This document shows positions 20,949 to 30,449 of a DNA stretch of 54,951 nucleotides, piece after piece (positions within the stretch are counted from its first letter, which is position 1; each line of letters opens with the position of its first letter). The translations under genes were made by a program, and so were the position numbers. Below the pieces are notes generated by a model. It saw only the letters and a program-made list of their open reading frames with translations, did no database searches and had not been told where the DNA came from. Origin of the DNA: Acidimicrobiia bacterium (GTDB taxonomy: Bacteria; Actinomycetota; Acidimicrobiia; IMCC26256; PALSA-555); contig SHUY01000003.1 of the NCBI GenBank assembly GCA_009694435.1, positions 1 through 54,951 on the forward strand. Direction: 5' to 3'.

Positions 20949-22174
20949 AGTGCAATGTTCTCGCCATCGGCACTGAGTTATTACTCGGCCAGATAGTCGA
21001 CACCAATAGTGCGTGGCTCGGTGAACAACTCGCACTGGCCGGAATAGATTCTTACGATCATCGTAAAGTAGGCGACAACCTTGGTCGCATGGTCACCGCG
21101 CTGAGCGACTTACTCGACGAAGCCCAAGCAGTTATTGTTTGCGGCGGGCTTGGCCCCACTCCCGACGACGTAACCCGAGAAGCCATCGCTGAAGTCATGG
21201 GGGTTCCCCTTGTTCGGCGCGAAGAATTGGTCGAAAAGATTGCCGCCATGTTCGGTATGCGGGATCGAGATATGCCGGCTAATAATCTGCGCCAGGCCGA
21301 TATCCCTGAAGGAGCCTGCGTTATTCCTAATTCCTTGGGTACCGCCCCCGGAATTATGGCCGAGATTGCCGGCAAAGTCATTTACGCGGTTCCCGGAGTG
21401 CCGTACGAGATGCAGGCCATGATAAAAGATTTTGTTATCCCTGATCTGCTGGAGCGAGCGGGCATGCGGTCGGTAATTGTTTCGCGGTCACTAAAAACTT
21501 GGGGTACTTCGGAGTCAGGTCTAGCCGAAATGATCGCGACTCAAGTTGACGCACAGAGCAACCCTTCGATTGCCTTTTTAGCTCGGGGCATAGAGGGGCT
21601 TTATGTGCGCCTCACGGCTAAGGCGGCGAATGAATCGGACGCGCGGGCGTTGATTGAAACCGAAGAGACCGAGCTGCGAGCAATTTTGGGTGATTTAATT
21701 TTTGCCGTTGACGACGAAACGATGGAGTCAGTGGTATTGAAGGCCTGCGCCGAGCGGGGGTGGAGCCTGGGTGTCGCCGAGTCACTTACCGGCGGTTTGA
21801 TTGGCGCGCGTCTGGCCAATGTTCCGGGGGCGAGTACAACTTTTCGGGGTTCAATTGCCAGTTACGCCACCGAGGTCAAACGATCGGTGCTGGGAGTTAC
21901 CGCGAGTTCGGTGGTGAGTGCTGAGTGTGTCGCCCAAATGGCCGAGGGGGCCCAAAGAGTGTTGGGGTGCGACGCGGCGGTGGCGGTTACCGGAGTGGCG
22001 GGCCCGGACGAACAAGAAGGTCAGCCGGTAGGGACGGTGTGGTTTGGCGTAGCGGTGACCGGCCACGCAACCGAGACGGTGTCAACCCGATTGCCTGGCG
22101 ATCGAGAGCGAATCCGTCAGTTCTCTACCATCTCGGCGCTCAATCTATTGAGACTTCGCCTTAATTCTTTTTAA
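20945..22174 (+). CDS. cinA: Competence/damage-inducible protein CinA (MoCF-like + NMN deamidase domains)
   Basis: IGTELLLGQIVDTNS, GGLGPTPDD, AESLTGG, TGVAGP. Confidence 0.96.
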   Translation: MKCNVLAIGTELLLGQIVDTNSAWLGEQLALAGIDSYDHRKVGDNLGRMVTALSDLLDEAQAVIVCGGLGPTPDDVTREAIAEVMGVPLVRREELVEKIAAMFGMRDRDMPANNLRQADIPEGACVIPNSLGTAPGIMAEIAGKVIYAVPGVPYEMQAMIKDFVIPDLLERAGMRSVIVSRSLKTWGTSESGLAEMIATQVDAQSNPSIAFLARGIEGLYVRLTAKAANESDARALIETEETELRAILGDLIFAVDDETMESVVLKACAERGWSLGVAESLTGGLIGARLANVPGASTTFRGSIASYATEVKRSVLGVTASSVVSAECVAQMAEGAQRVLGCDAAVAVTGVAGPDEQEGQPVGTVWFGVAVTGHATETVSTRLPGDRERIRQFSTISALNLLRLRLNSF

Positions 22175-22382
22175 TTTTCACCGTTCTAGCCGTGGCGCTC
22201 GGAGTGCCGCCGGTGGGAGTGAACAGAACTTTTAGGCGCACCGAAAGAGCCTCTTTATTTGTTGGTGATGAAGTAGTCAATAGCGAGCATTTAATTCGGT
22301 AGGTTGCGGCCTTAGTTGCTGTAGCGTTGGCGGTAGAGTAGTCGCCGAAGTAAAGCGCAGGTGGCCGGAACCATCCATCGAT
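22161..22382 (-). pseudogene. Start-less 3' remnant of a probable secreted/surface protein
   Basis: 73 stop-free codons ending ...ATATKAATYRIKCSL...LSVRLKVLFTPTGGTPSATARTVKIKKN*. The frame is bounded upstream by in-frame stops and has no start codon near its 5' end. Confidence 0.5.
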
Positions 22383-22414
22383 TCACTAGTTGTTCTGCCG
22401 ACTACGATTCGCCT

Positions 22415-24238
22415 GTGACTAAACCCGTTGTTTACCGAGCCCAACGCATCGTCACAATGAACGACGATTGTCCATCGGCGCAGGCGGTAGCTATTCGAGA
22501 CGGCCGGTTTCTCGCCGTAGGAACTCTCGAAGAAGTTTTGGCCGCAGTTGGTCCCGACCATGAATTATCCGATGTTTTTACCGATCGAGTTCTTCTTCCT
22601 GGACTCATCGATCAACACCTGCATCCGATATTGGGGGCAACCACGTTGACAACCGAAGTCATAGCACCCGAGGACTGGATTCTGCCGCGCCGAACATTTA
22701 CCGCGGCGGTAAGTGAAGCCGAATACGACCGTCGTATACTCGCCGCCCATCGTTCTCTGCCAGACGGCGAGTGGCTATTCTCCTGGGGCTGGCATGCCCT
22801 GTGGCACGGACCGCTCAGTCGCGAACGTCTTGACCGGATAGTGAAAGATCGCCCGACTGCGGTATGGCAACGATCCTGTCATGAATGGATCCTCAATTCG
22901 GCGGCGCTCGATGCAATTGGATTGACCTATGAGTTGACTCAAGGGCATGGCCTCGCCAGCGAACAGTTGGATTGGGCGCGGGGTCATTTTTATGAAAATG
23001 GCTCTATGGTAATTCTTGCGCAGTACCTGTTTCCGCACTTCGTGACCACAGAGCGATTCCACACGGGACTGAACCAGATGGTCGAGTATCTCCATATGAA
23101 TGGTGTAACTGCGATCAACGAGCCTGGGATTTATTGGACAAGTGAGCCGTGGGATCTCTATCAAGAGATTCTCGGTCATGACGACGTGCCGTTCGAGAGC
23201 ACGTTTATGGTTCAGGCTCGCACACAACCATTACGGGAATTATCACCCGAGCAGTTCGTTTCCGATGCGAGCAGTCAGGTTGAGCTTGGAAGTGGCACCA
23301 AGGTAAGGATGATTGACCACCACGTAAAACTTTTCGCCGATGGTGCAATCATCTCGCAGTTGATGCAGATGAAGGAACCGTATCTTGATCGCGACGGAAA
23401 TCCGGACCCTCATCACCGCGGTGAATGGTTGATGGAGCCTGATCAACTAAAAATTGTTTTCGACACCTATTGGGACGCTGAGTGGCAGATCCATATTCAC
23501 GTCAATGGAGACCTTGGTCTTGAAGTTCTTCTCAACATCATCGAAGAGGCGCAGCGCCGCAAGCCAAGAGATGATCACCGCACCGTCATCGTGCATTTCG
23601 CAAACTCAACTGAAGATCAGGTAAATAAAATTGCTCAACTTGGCGCCATCGTTTCCGCGAATCCCTACTATCCCGTCGGATTTGCCGACAAGTACAGCGA
23701 GTGGGGTCTCGGCCCAGAACGAGCCGATGTGATGGTGCGCTCCGCATCGGTACTGCGACGAGGTATTCCACTTTCTTTCCACTCGGATCTTCCGATGTGC
23801 CCCAGTGATCCGATGTTGATGGCCGCGTACGGCGTGAATCGGACGACGCCATCGGGACGTGTTGCGGGGCCGGAGCAAAGAATCGGAATTCATGACGCAC
23901 TGCGGGCGGTGACCATCGAAGCCGCGTACTCGTGGCGGCGCGAGCATGAACTCGGGAGTATTGAAGTGGGAAAGATCGCTAATTTGACGGCGCTCGACTC
24001 CGACCCATACGACTCCGACCCCAAACTGATTGGCCAGATTCCCATTAGGGCGACGGTGTTTGCGGGCCGAGTTTTCGATGTTCCGCCGGAACTCATCGCC
24101 CAACGAAATGGCGCCGTTGGTTCTGTCGCCGAGATCTCGGACAGCTCTTCGTTCTCCGGTGTGAACGAACACGGCTGCGCCTGTGAAATAGCAGAGTTCA
24201 TCGCGAATTATCTTGCCCAGAGCGCTCGGGCCGCCTGA
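22415..24238 (+). CDS. Amidohydrolase_3 (YtcJ-like) metal-dependent hydrolase
   Basis: AVAIRDGRFLAVG, PGLIDQHLH, KLFADG, HIHVNGD, HSD, GSIEVGKIANL. TACGAT -10 lies 6 nt before GTG 22415. Confidence 0.9.
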   Translation: MTKPVVYRAQRIVTMNDDCPSAQAVAIRDGRFLAVGTLEEVLAAVGPDHELSDVFTDRVLLPGLIDQHLHPILGATTLTTEVIAPEDWILPRRTFTAAVSEAEYDRRILAAHRSLPDGEWLFSWGWHALWHGPLSRERLDRIVKDRPTAVWQRSCHEWILNSAALDAIGLTYELTQGHGLASEQLDWARGHFYENGSMVILAQYLFPHFVTTERFHTGLNQMVEYLHMNGVTAINEPGIYWTSEPWDLYQEILGHDDVPFESTFMVQARTQPLRELSPEQFVSDASSQVELGSGTKVRMIDHHVKLFADGAIISQLMQMKEPYLDRDGNPDPHHRGEWLMEPDQLKIVFDTYWDAEWQIHIHVNGDLGLEVLLNIIEEAQRRKPRDDHRTVIVHFANSTEDQVNKIAQLGAIVSANPYYPVGFADKYSEWGLGPERADVMVRSASVLRRGIPLSFHSDLPMCPSDPMLMAAYGVNRTTPSGRVAGPEQRIGIHDALRAVTIEAAYSWRREHELGSIEVGKIANLTALDSDPYDSDPKLIGQIPIRATVFAGRVFDVPPELIAQRNGAVGSVAEISDSSSFSGVNEHGCACEIAEFIANYLAQSARAA

Positions 24239-24432
24239 CTCAGTTCCGGTGGGTTTTTCAACCCGTCAGGGCAGAGCATAGAGTCGAGCCTTTGCGGGCC
24301 ACAGTCGCAGAGAGCAGCACCGCAGGCCACGCAACGCTTACTTCACCCAGCGGCGAGCATCACGCGCTGTGCGGGTTTCAGCCCGTTTCCACTCCCCAAA
24401 CCCTAGTAAACAAGCCGTTTTACGGGGTATCC

Positions 24433-24461
24433 TTGACCCCGAACGCATGTTCGATTAGTCT
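24433..24461 (+). promoter_or_regulatory. recA distal promoter TTGACC-N17-TAGTCT with LexA (SOS) box CGAACGCATGTTCG at 24440-24453
   Basis: Exact match to the Gram-positive/actinobacterial CGAAC-N4-GTTCG box, between -35 and -10. Confidence 0.92.
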
Positions 24462-24478
24462 CACGCGTGTAATTCACT

Positions 24479-24506
24479 CATAACCGTCACACCCTCGTCG
24501 TACCTT
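24479..24506 (+). promoter_or_regulatory. recA proximal promoter, PafBC/RecA-independent type: CGTCAC-N10-TACCTT
   Basis: Spacing matches the mycobacterial TGTCRG-N10-TANNNT architecture. It lies downstream of the LexA-controlled promoter, as in mycobacterial recA. Confidence 0.6.
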
Positions 24507-24573
24507 CTCAATCAACCAACGGGCACCCGCCCCAACAACCGAAAACCCCTCAGGGGGAGACCAGGAGAATCCA

Positions 24574-25770
24574 ATGGAAGAAAAACAAGCTCTCGAAATG
24601 GCCCTCGGCCAAATTGAAAAGCAATACGGTAAGGGCGCCATCATGCGCCTAGGTGAGCGGTCGCACGTAGGTATCGCTGCTATTCCTACCGGTGCTTTGG
24701 CCCTCGACCTTGCTTTGGGTATAGGCGGGTTACCTCGAGGTCGGGTAGTAGAGATTTTTGGTCCTGAAGCCTCCGGTAAGTCAACGCTGGCGATGCACGT
24801 TGTGGCCGAGGCCCAGCGCAACGGTGGTGTGTGTGCCTACATTGATGCGGAGCACGCGATGGATCCTAATTACGCCAGTGCTATCGGCGTCAATGTTGAC
24901 GAGCTTTACATCTCTCAACCCGACACCGGAGAACAAGGCCTTGAAATCGCCGACATGTTGATTCGCTCCGGCGCGCTCGACGTGGTGGTAATCGACTCCG
25001 TGGCCGCGTTGGTGCCTCGGGCCGAAATCGAAGGTGAAATGGGTGCGAGCCATGTAGGTTTGCAGGCTCGTTTGATGAGCCAAGCCCTGCGCAAACTCAC
25101 CGCGAACTTAAATCGCTCGCGCACCGTTTGTGTGTTCATCAACCAGCTGCGAGAAAAAATCGGTGTGATGTTTGGATCACCCGAAACCACTCCGGGTGGA
25201 CGAGCGTTGAAGTTCTATTCGTCAGTTCGCCTAGACATTCGTCGTATTGAGGCGATTAAGGATGGCGCCGAGGTTACGGGTAACCGCACTCGAGTAAAAG
25301 TGGTGAAAAATAAGGTTTCCCCACCGTTTCGCCAGGCTGAATTCGACATTATGTACGGCAAGGGCATCAGCCAAGAAGGGTCACTACTCGATGTTGGAGT
25401 AGACCTCGGAATCATCAATAAGGCTGGAGCTTGGTTCACTTACGAAGGTGAACAACTAGGTCAAGGACGGGAGAACTCCAAAGTGTTCTTGGCTGAACAC
25501 GTCGACATGATGCTGGAAATTTTGGAGAAGATCCGGGTCGCCGCCGGCATTGGCGACTTCGAAGCCGTTGACGCGGCTCGAGATGCTGCCGGCTTGGCTG
25601 CTATTGCCGAAGAAATGAAAGTAATGACCGAGGCGGCTACGGCCGAAAAGGCCAAGGCCAACGGTAACGGCTCAACTCCCGAGCCCGACCCGACGGTTGT
25701 GGACGAACCCGCCCCTGCGCCGACTAAGGCCAAAGCGACTAAGAAGCCGGCTAACGCGGAAGCGGTTTAA
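24574..25770 (+). CDS. recA: Recombinase RecA with long Ala/Pro/Lys-rich C-terminal tail
   Basis: [28 protein letters not shown]. Confidence 0.99.
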   Translation: MEEKQALEMALGQIEKQYGKGAIMRLGERSHVGIAAIPTGALALDLALGIGGLPRGRVVEIFGPEASGKSTLAMHVVAEAQRNGGVCAYIDAEHAMDPNYASAIGVNVDELYISQPDTGEQGLEIADMLIRSGALDVVVIDSVAALVPRAEIEGEMGASHVGLQARLMSQALRKLTANLNRSRTVCVFINQLREKIGVMFGSPETTPGGRALKFYSSVRLDIRRIEAIKDGAEVTGNRTRVKVVKNKVSPPFRQAEFDIMYGKGISQEGSLLDVGVDLGIINKAGAWFTYEGEQLGQGRENSKVFLAEHVDMMLEILEKIRVAAGIGDFEAVDAARDAAGLAAIAEEMKVMTEAATAEKAKANGNGSTPEPDPTVVDEPAPAPTKAKATKKPANAEAV

Positions 25771-26489
25771 CTCAAGCCTCTAATCAAAGCCGCGGCTCCG
25801 GCTACTGCTGAAAGAATCAGCATGGCCGGCCGGAGCCAACCGCGGTCTATGAATATATGGGTGTGGCGGCTGAGCCAGAAGCCCGCGATTAGGGCCGGTA
25901 AAAGTTCAAGAGAAAAGATGATCTGATTTACGCTGATGGTTCCGGTAATTACGTAACCGATAAGCGAAAGTCCACCGCTCACGGCAAAAAACGCTCCGAG
26001 AGTCGATCGAGTGGCCGGTCCGGGGTGGCGTTGGAGTAGTAGCGCCACTGGGGGTCCGCCGACTCCGCTGGCGGTGCCAAAAACGTTAGAGATAAAACCT
26101 GTTCCCGCGCTAGTGGTCGGTTTGATCGGAATGCTCGCCGAAATCAAACTCAGCCCGACGCCAAAAAGAGTGATTGAGCCGACCACTATTGCGATGTCAG
26201 GCCCTTCAAATTGAGTGACGATCAATAATCCAATCAGCGTTCCCGGTACTGCTCCGAGCAGCATCCAGGGCAAGACGTGGCGGTCGATGGCGTGGTGCTC
26301 TCGCACGATCGAAGCGATGGTATGAGGGAAAGCGACTAAAACGAGTGATGCGGGCAAAGCGGCGGGTACGACAAGAGCAATGAACGGAGCACCGATAATG
26401 CCAAGGCCAAAACCAATAGATCCTTGAACCAGCGAACCAAGAAATATGGCCACTAGGGCGACTATTAATTCCAGGGCACTAACGTTCAT
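25767..26489 (-). CDS. Sulfite exporter TauE/SafE family membrane protein
   Basis: VQGSIGFG and GVGGPP motifs, multiple TM segments. Confidence 0.88.
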   Translation of the reverse strand: MNVSALELIVALVAIFLGSLVQGSIGFGLGIIGAPFIALVVPAALPASLVLVAFPHTIASIVREHHAIDRHVLPWMLLGAVPGTLIGLLIVTQFEGPDIAIVVGSITLFGVGLSLISASIPIKPTTSAGTGFISNVFGTASGVGGPPVALLLQRHPGPATRSTLGAFFAVSGGLSLIGYVITGTISVNQIIFSLELLPALIAGFWLSRHTHIFIDRGWLRPAMLILSAVAGAAALIRGLS

Positions 26490-26700
26490 ACCCCAAGATC
26501 CTGCCACAGCGCGTCCGTTCTGATTCGCCCAGCAACACCGCGACCAGCCGTTGCCGCAACCGTAATAGCGAAACGCAAGCGAACCTTGCTCGCAGGTCGT
26601 ATTTCCTCGGTTTACTTTTGTGGCGCGCGAAACATACTAATAGGACTTTCGTTGCTTATGCCTAGAGAAGAACGTTTATTAAATAGATCGCAGTAGCGAA

Positions 26701-27078
26701 CTAGGCGTCTAGTACCAACCAGATAGCCAACCCGAAGACGGCAATATCGATAAGAAAAATCAGCGCAGTGGTTAGCGAGGTAAAGGCTTGTGAGTTGCCG
26801 ATTACTTCGCCGACTTTGCTAGTCCCTTTGGCTTCCTTTAATTCTGACGCAATCGCAGCGCCTTCACGGATTGTCGCGTACTGCGAAAGGGTGGCCAAGA
26901 TGCCACTAACCGCAATCACCGCAAGCGTGAACCACTTGAGTGCGTCACTAGCGCCTTGGAATTCACCTATTGCGCCAAGAACAATGACAATACCCAAAAT
27001 TATGGTGGGGGCTAAGTGGGAGCTAATAATTTGTGCGCGGCCTTTATTCCATAACTTTATTAGGTCTAGTTCTTGCAT
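26701..27078 (-). CDS. Hypothetical membrane protein (about 3 TM)
   Basis: 125 aa, GAGG RBS, three hydrophobic segments, no overlap with neighbours. Confidence 0.8.
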   Translation of the reverse strand: MQELDLIKLWNKGRAQIISSHLAPTIILGIVIVLGAIGEFQGASDALKWFTLAVIAVSGILATLSQYATIREGAAIASELKEAKGTSKVGEVIGNSQAFTSLTTALIFLIDIAVFGLAIWLVLDA

Positions 27079-27250
27079 TTTTGTACCTCACTTTTGGTTG
27101 GGCGGGGTTTTCCCGCTGCTGACATTGTTGAGAAAAACAGTTCTCGTCACGGTAACACCTATCGCCCACCCGCACGCCGGGGGATGAGATAATCAATCCT
27201 CGGACGATTTCTAGTGGGTGGCGGCGATCAGTCGTCCTAGACTCAAAGAG

Positions 27251-28657
27251 ATGACCCGTAGATTCCATATCCGCACTTTTGGGTGCCAGATGAACGAACA
27301 CGACTCTGAGCAAATAGCGGGGTTGCTCGTGGCCGAAGGCATGGAGGCGGTCGACGATGTCGAAGAGGCCGATGTGGTGGTGCTCAACACTTGCTGCATA
27401 AGAGAGAACGCGGACAATCGGCTTTATGGCACTTTGGGACATCTCCGCTCTCTCAAAGAGCGTCACCCGGGGTTGCAAATTGCCGTCGGCGGTTGCTTGG
27501 CGCAAAAGGACCGAGCGAAGATCATGGCTCGGGCCGACCATGTCGATGTGGTTTTCGGTACTCATAACATCGCTCGTGCGCCCGCCCTGTTGGACCAGGC
27601 CCGCTTTGGTCCGGTAGTGGAAATCCTAGAAGAGCACGACGCCGACCCGACGGCTCTGCCCGCCCAGCGTAAATCTGGCCACTCGGCGTGGATAACTATT
27701 CAGATTGGTTGCGATAACTCGTGCACCTTTTGCATCGTCCCGAGTGTGCGCGGCGCGGAGATCAGCCGCCGGATGGGCGACATCGTGAGCGAGGCCGAGC
27801 AATTGGCCGCCGGCGGCGTACGCGAGATAACGCTGCTGGGGCAAAATGTAAATTCTTACGGGCGCGACCTTGGCGCCGGTCAGTACCAACCGCAGTTCGC
27901 CGATCTATTACGCGCTATTGATGAAGTCGACGGGATTAGTCGGATCCGTTACATATCGCCTCACCCCAAAGACCTGCGTCCCGACACAATTGCTGCGATG
28001 GCTGAGTGTGATGCGGTGTGTGAGCACATTCACTTGCCGCTGCAGTCGGGGAGTGACCGAATTTTGGCCCGAATGCATCGGGGCTATCGAGCCGAGCGTT
28101 TTCTTGAGCGCCTCGGCGCGGCCCGAGCGGCCATTCCTGATCTCGCGGTGACGAGCGACATCATTGTGGGCTTTCCGGGTGAGACTGACGCAGATTTTGC
28201 TGCCACTTTGGCCGTCGCCGAAGAGGCCAAATTCGATAGCGCCTACACCTTCGTGTTCTCGCCTCGCCCGGGCACTCCCGCGGCCGAGATGGTCGACGAT
28301 TTTGTTGACCCCGAGATAATCCGCGACCGGATGACTCAACTCACCGAGGTAATAGAGCGCCACGGAACGGCTCATCATAAGGCTCGCATGGGGCGAACGG
28401 AAGAGATCTTGATTGAGGGGCCCGAGAAGCGATCGAGCCGATCCAAGTCGACCGAAGATTCGGATCCCGCTGCGGTGCGAGTATCGGGTCGTTCTCGACA
28501 AGGGAAAATGGTCCACCTAGAGGCCGATCTCGCTGCGGGAACGATCGCGAACGTGCTCATTACCGAAACCGCCCCCCACTGGCTGGCGGGAGAACTGGTG
28601 GAGATAGTCGAACCCGCTCCCATCCGACGAGTTCGCATTCCGCTTGCGGCGGGTTAG
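27251..28657 (+). CDS. miaB: tRNA-2-methylthio-N6-dimethylallyladenosine synthase
   Basis: TFGCQMNEHDS, NTCCIRENA, CDNSCTFC, LLGQNVNSYG, TRAM domain. TAGACT lies 7 nt before ATG 27251. Confidence 0.97.
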   Translation: MTRRFHIRTFGCQMNEHDSEQIAGLLVAEGMEAVDDVEEADVVVLNTCCIRENADNRLYGTLGHLRSLKERHPGLQIAVGGCLAQKDRAKIMARADHVDVVFGTHNIARAPALLDQARFGPVVEILEEHDADPTALPAQRKSGHSAWITIQIGCDNSCTFCIVPSVRGAEISRRMGDIVSEAEQLAAGGVREITLLGQNVNSYGRDLGAGQYQPQFADLLRAIDEVDGISRIRYISPHPKDLRPDTIAAMAECDAVCEHIHLPLQSGSDRILARMHRGYRAERFLERLGAARAAIPDLAVTSDIIVGFPGETDADFAATLAVAEEAKFDSAYTFVFSPRPGTPAAEMVDDFVDPEIIRDRMTQLTEVIERHGTAHHKARMGRTEEILIEGPEKRSSRSKSTEDSDPAAVRVSGRSRQGKMVHLEADLAAGTIANVLITETAPHWLAGELVEIVEPAPIRRVRIPLAAG

Positions 28658-28660
28658 AGG

Positions 28661-29590
28661 GTGTTGGCGCCAACACCGGTAACTCATCTGGCTCTGGTAG
28701 GTCCAACCGCTTCGGGCAAGTCGTCGCTGGCGTTAACTGTGGCTAGAACTCTTGGGAATATCGAAATTATTTCGGTTGATTCGATGCAGGTTTATCGGGG
28801 AATGGATATCGGGACCGCGAAGGCGACTTTATCGGAACAATCTGAGGTTCCCCATCACCTTCTCGATGTAGTTGATCCGCAAGATGATTACAGTGCGGCT
28901 CGCTTTCAGACTGAAGCTCGCGCCGCGGTGGCCGAAATCGAATCTCGAGGCAATAGAGCCTTGTTGGTGGGTGGAACCGGGCTCTACGTGCGAGCGGTAA
29001 TAGATGATTATCGTTTTGCCGGCGAAGATTTAGCACTGCGAGCCGAGATTGAAGAACGGGTGGCCACCCCGGAGGGGTTGCGAGCGGCTTACGAAGAATT
29101 ACAAGCGCGCGATCTGGCCGCCGCGAGTCGTATTGAACCCGACAACGCTCGGCGCATCGTGCGGGCCCTTGAAGTGATGGCCATCACGGGCCGGAAATTC
29201 TCTGAATCGTGGCTGCCGCCGGGCGGGGCGACGGTATTTCCCGTTGCTATTGCTGGGGTTTGGCGCACTCGGGCCGACTTGGCCGAGCGTATCGCTAGGC
29301 GGGTTAGCGCAATGCGCGAAGGTGGCCTGGTGGATGAAGTTGATGCGCTGTTGAGCCGGGGGAGCCTTTCTCGCTCGGCCGCGGCCGCCATTGGCTATCG
29401 CGAAATGATCGACGCTCGGGCGGGGCGCTTCACGATCGACGAAGCCTTTGCCGAAATGGTACGCCGGACGCGCGCGTTTGCCCGTCGGCAACGCATGTGG
29501 TTCCGCCGCGACCCGCGCGTCGTGTGGTGGGGGGCGAGCGGTGCTCCCGAGAGTATCTTGCCCGGGCTTTTGGCGGGGTGGAGTAAATGA
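28661..29590 (+). CDS. miaA: tRNA dimethylallyltransferase
   Basis: GPTASGKS, DSMQVYRGMDIGTAK, VGGTGLY, ARRQ..WF. Confidence 0.97.
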   Translation: MLAPTPVTHLALVGPTASGKSSLALTVARTLGNIEIISVDSMQVYRGMDIGTAKATLSEQSEVPHHLLDVVDPQDDYSAARFQTEARAAVAEIESRGNRALLVGGTGLYVRAVIDDYRFAGEDLALRAEIEERVATPEGLRAAYEELQARDLAAASRIEPDNARRIVRALEVMAITGRKFSESWLPPGGATVFPVAIAGVWRTRADLAERIARRVSAMREGGLVDEVDALLSRGSLSRSAAAAIGYREMIDARAGRFTIDEAFAEMVRRTRAFARRQRMWFRRDPRVVWWGASGAPESILPGLLAGWSK

Positions 29591-30423
29591 AACTTGTGGT
29601 CAGCCGACTCCACGGCACTCATAATGATTTTTTGGTCACCGTAGTGGCACCCGGTGCGGCCGCTCCCGACGCAGATACGGCGCGTCGCGTGTGCGATCGG
29701 GCTCACTCGGGGGGCGGAGCGGACGGTTTGATCGCACTTCTGCCCGCTACTAACGACGCCGACTGCGCAATGGAGCTCCGCAACGCCGACGGTGAGCTCG
29801 CCGAGATGAGCGGTAACGGGATCCGATGTTTAGCTTGGGTGGCAGTGCGCGCCGGTCTCGCTCGGGGTAATCAATTGGTGGTCAAAACCTCCGCGGGACT
29901 GCGCACCCTCACTCTCACCATTGATCCGACCTCGGGGGAAATGCTTCGGGCTTCGGTTGATATGGGCCCGGCGGCCTTTTCCCCTGCGGCCGTTCCCGTC
30001 ACCAGTGATTCGGTCGATAATTTGGCCATCGACATTGATGGCGTCACCTACGAAGGCACCGCGTGCTCTATGGGAAACCCGCACTGGGCAATTTTGGTGA
30101 CCGACCCCAAGGCGGTTGCGGTGGCACAAATTGGCCCGGTACTCGAATGCGACCAACGCTTCCCTGACCGCACCAACGTTGAGTTTTATCGGGTTATTGA
30201 CCGATCCACGCTTGATATGCGGGTCTGGGAGCGAGGGGTGGGCGAGACTCAGTCGTGCGGTACCGGTGCTTGTGCCGTGGCCGCGGTGGCCCATCGAGCG
30301 GGGCTGGTCGACTCTGGGGTGCAAGTTCAAGTTCTGGGGGGAGAATTGTCCGTCGAACTTGGTTCCACGATTTTGCTGGGTGGGCCGGTGGTGTTTATGG
30401 GTGACGAAACGATCGAATTGTGA
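29587..30423 (+). CDS. dapF: Diaminopimelate epimerase
   Basis: HGTHNDF, GADG, EMSGNG, GNPH, ERGVGETQSCGTGA. Confidence 0.93.
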   Translation: MKLVVSRLHGTHNDFLVTVVAPGAAAPDADTARRVCDRAHSGGGADGLIALLPATNDADCAMELRNADGELAEMSGNGIRCLAWVAVRAGLARGNQLVVKTSAGLRTLTLTIDPTSGEMLRASVDMGPAAFSPAAVPVTSDSVDNLAIDIDGVTYEGTACSMGNPHWAILVTDPKAVAVAQIGPVLECDQRFPDRTNVEFYRVIDRSTLDMRVWERGVGETQSCGTGACAVAAVAHRAGLVDSGVQVQVLGGELSVELGSTILLGGPVVFMGDETIEL

Positions 30424-30449
30424 GTAAATGAACGAGACGCGACCACTCG

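Noticed and set aside
24292-24483. 63-aa ORF upstream of recA
   Set aside because: It runs through the recA promoter/SOS box, has a TTG start without RBS and has no motif.
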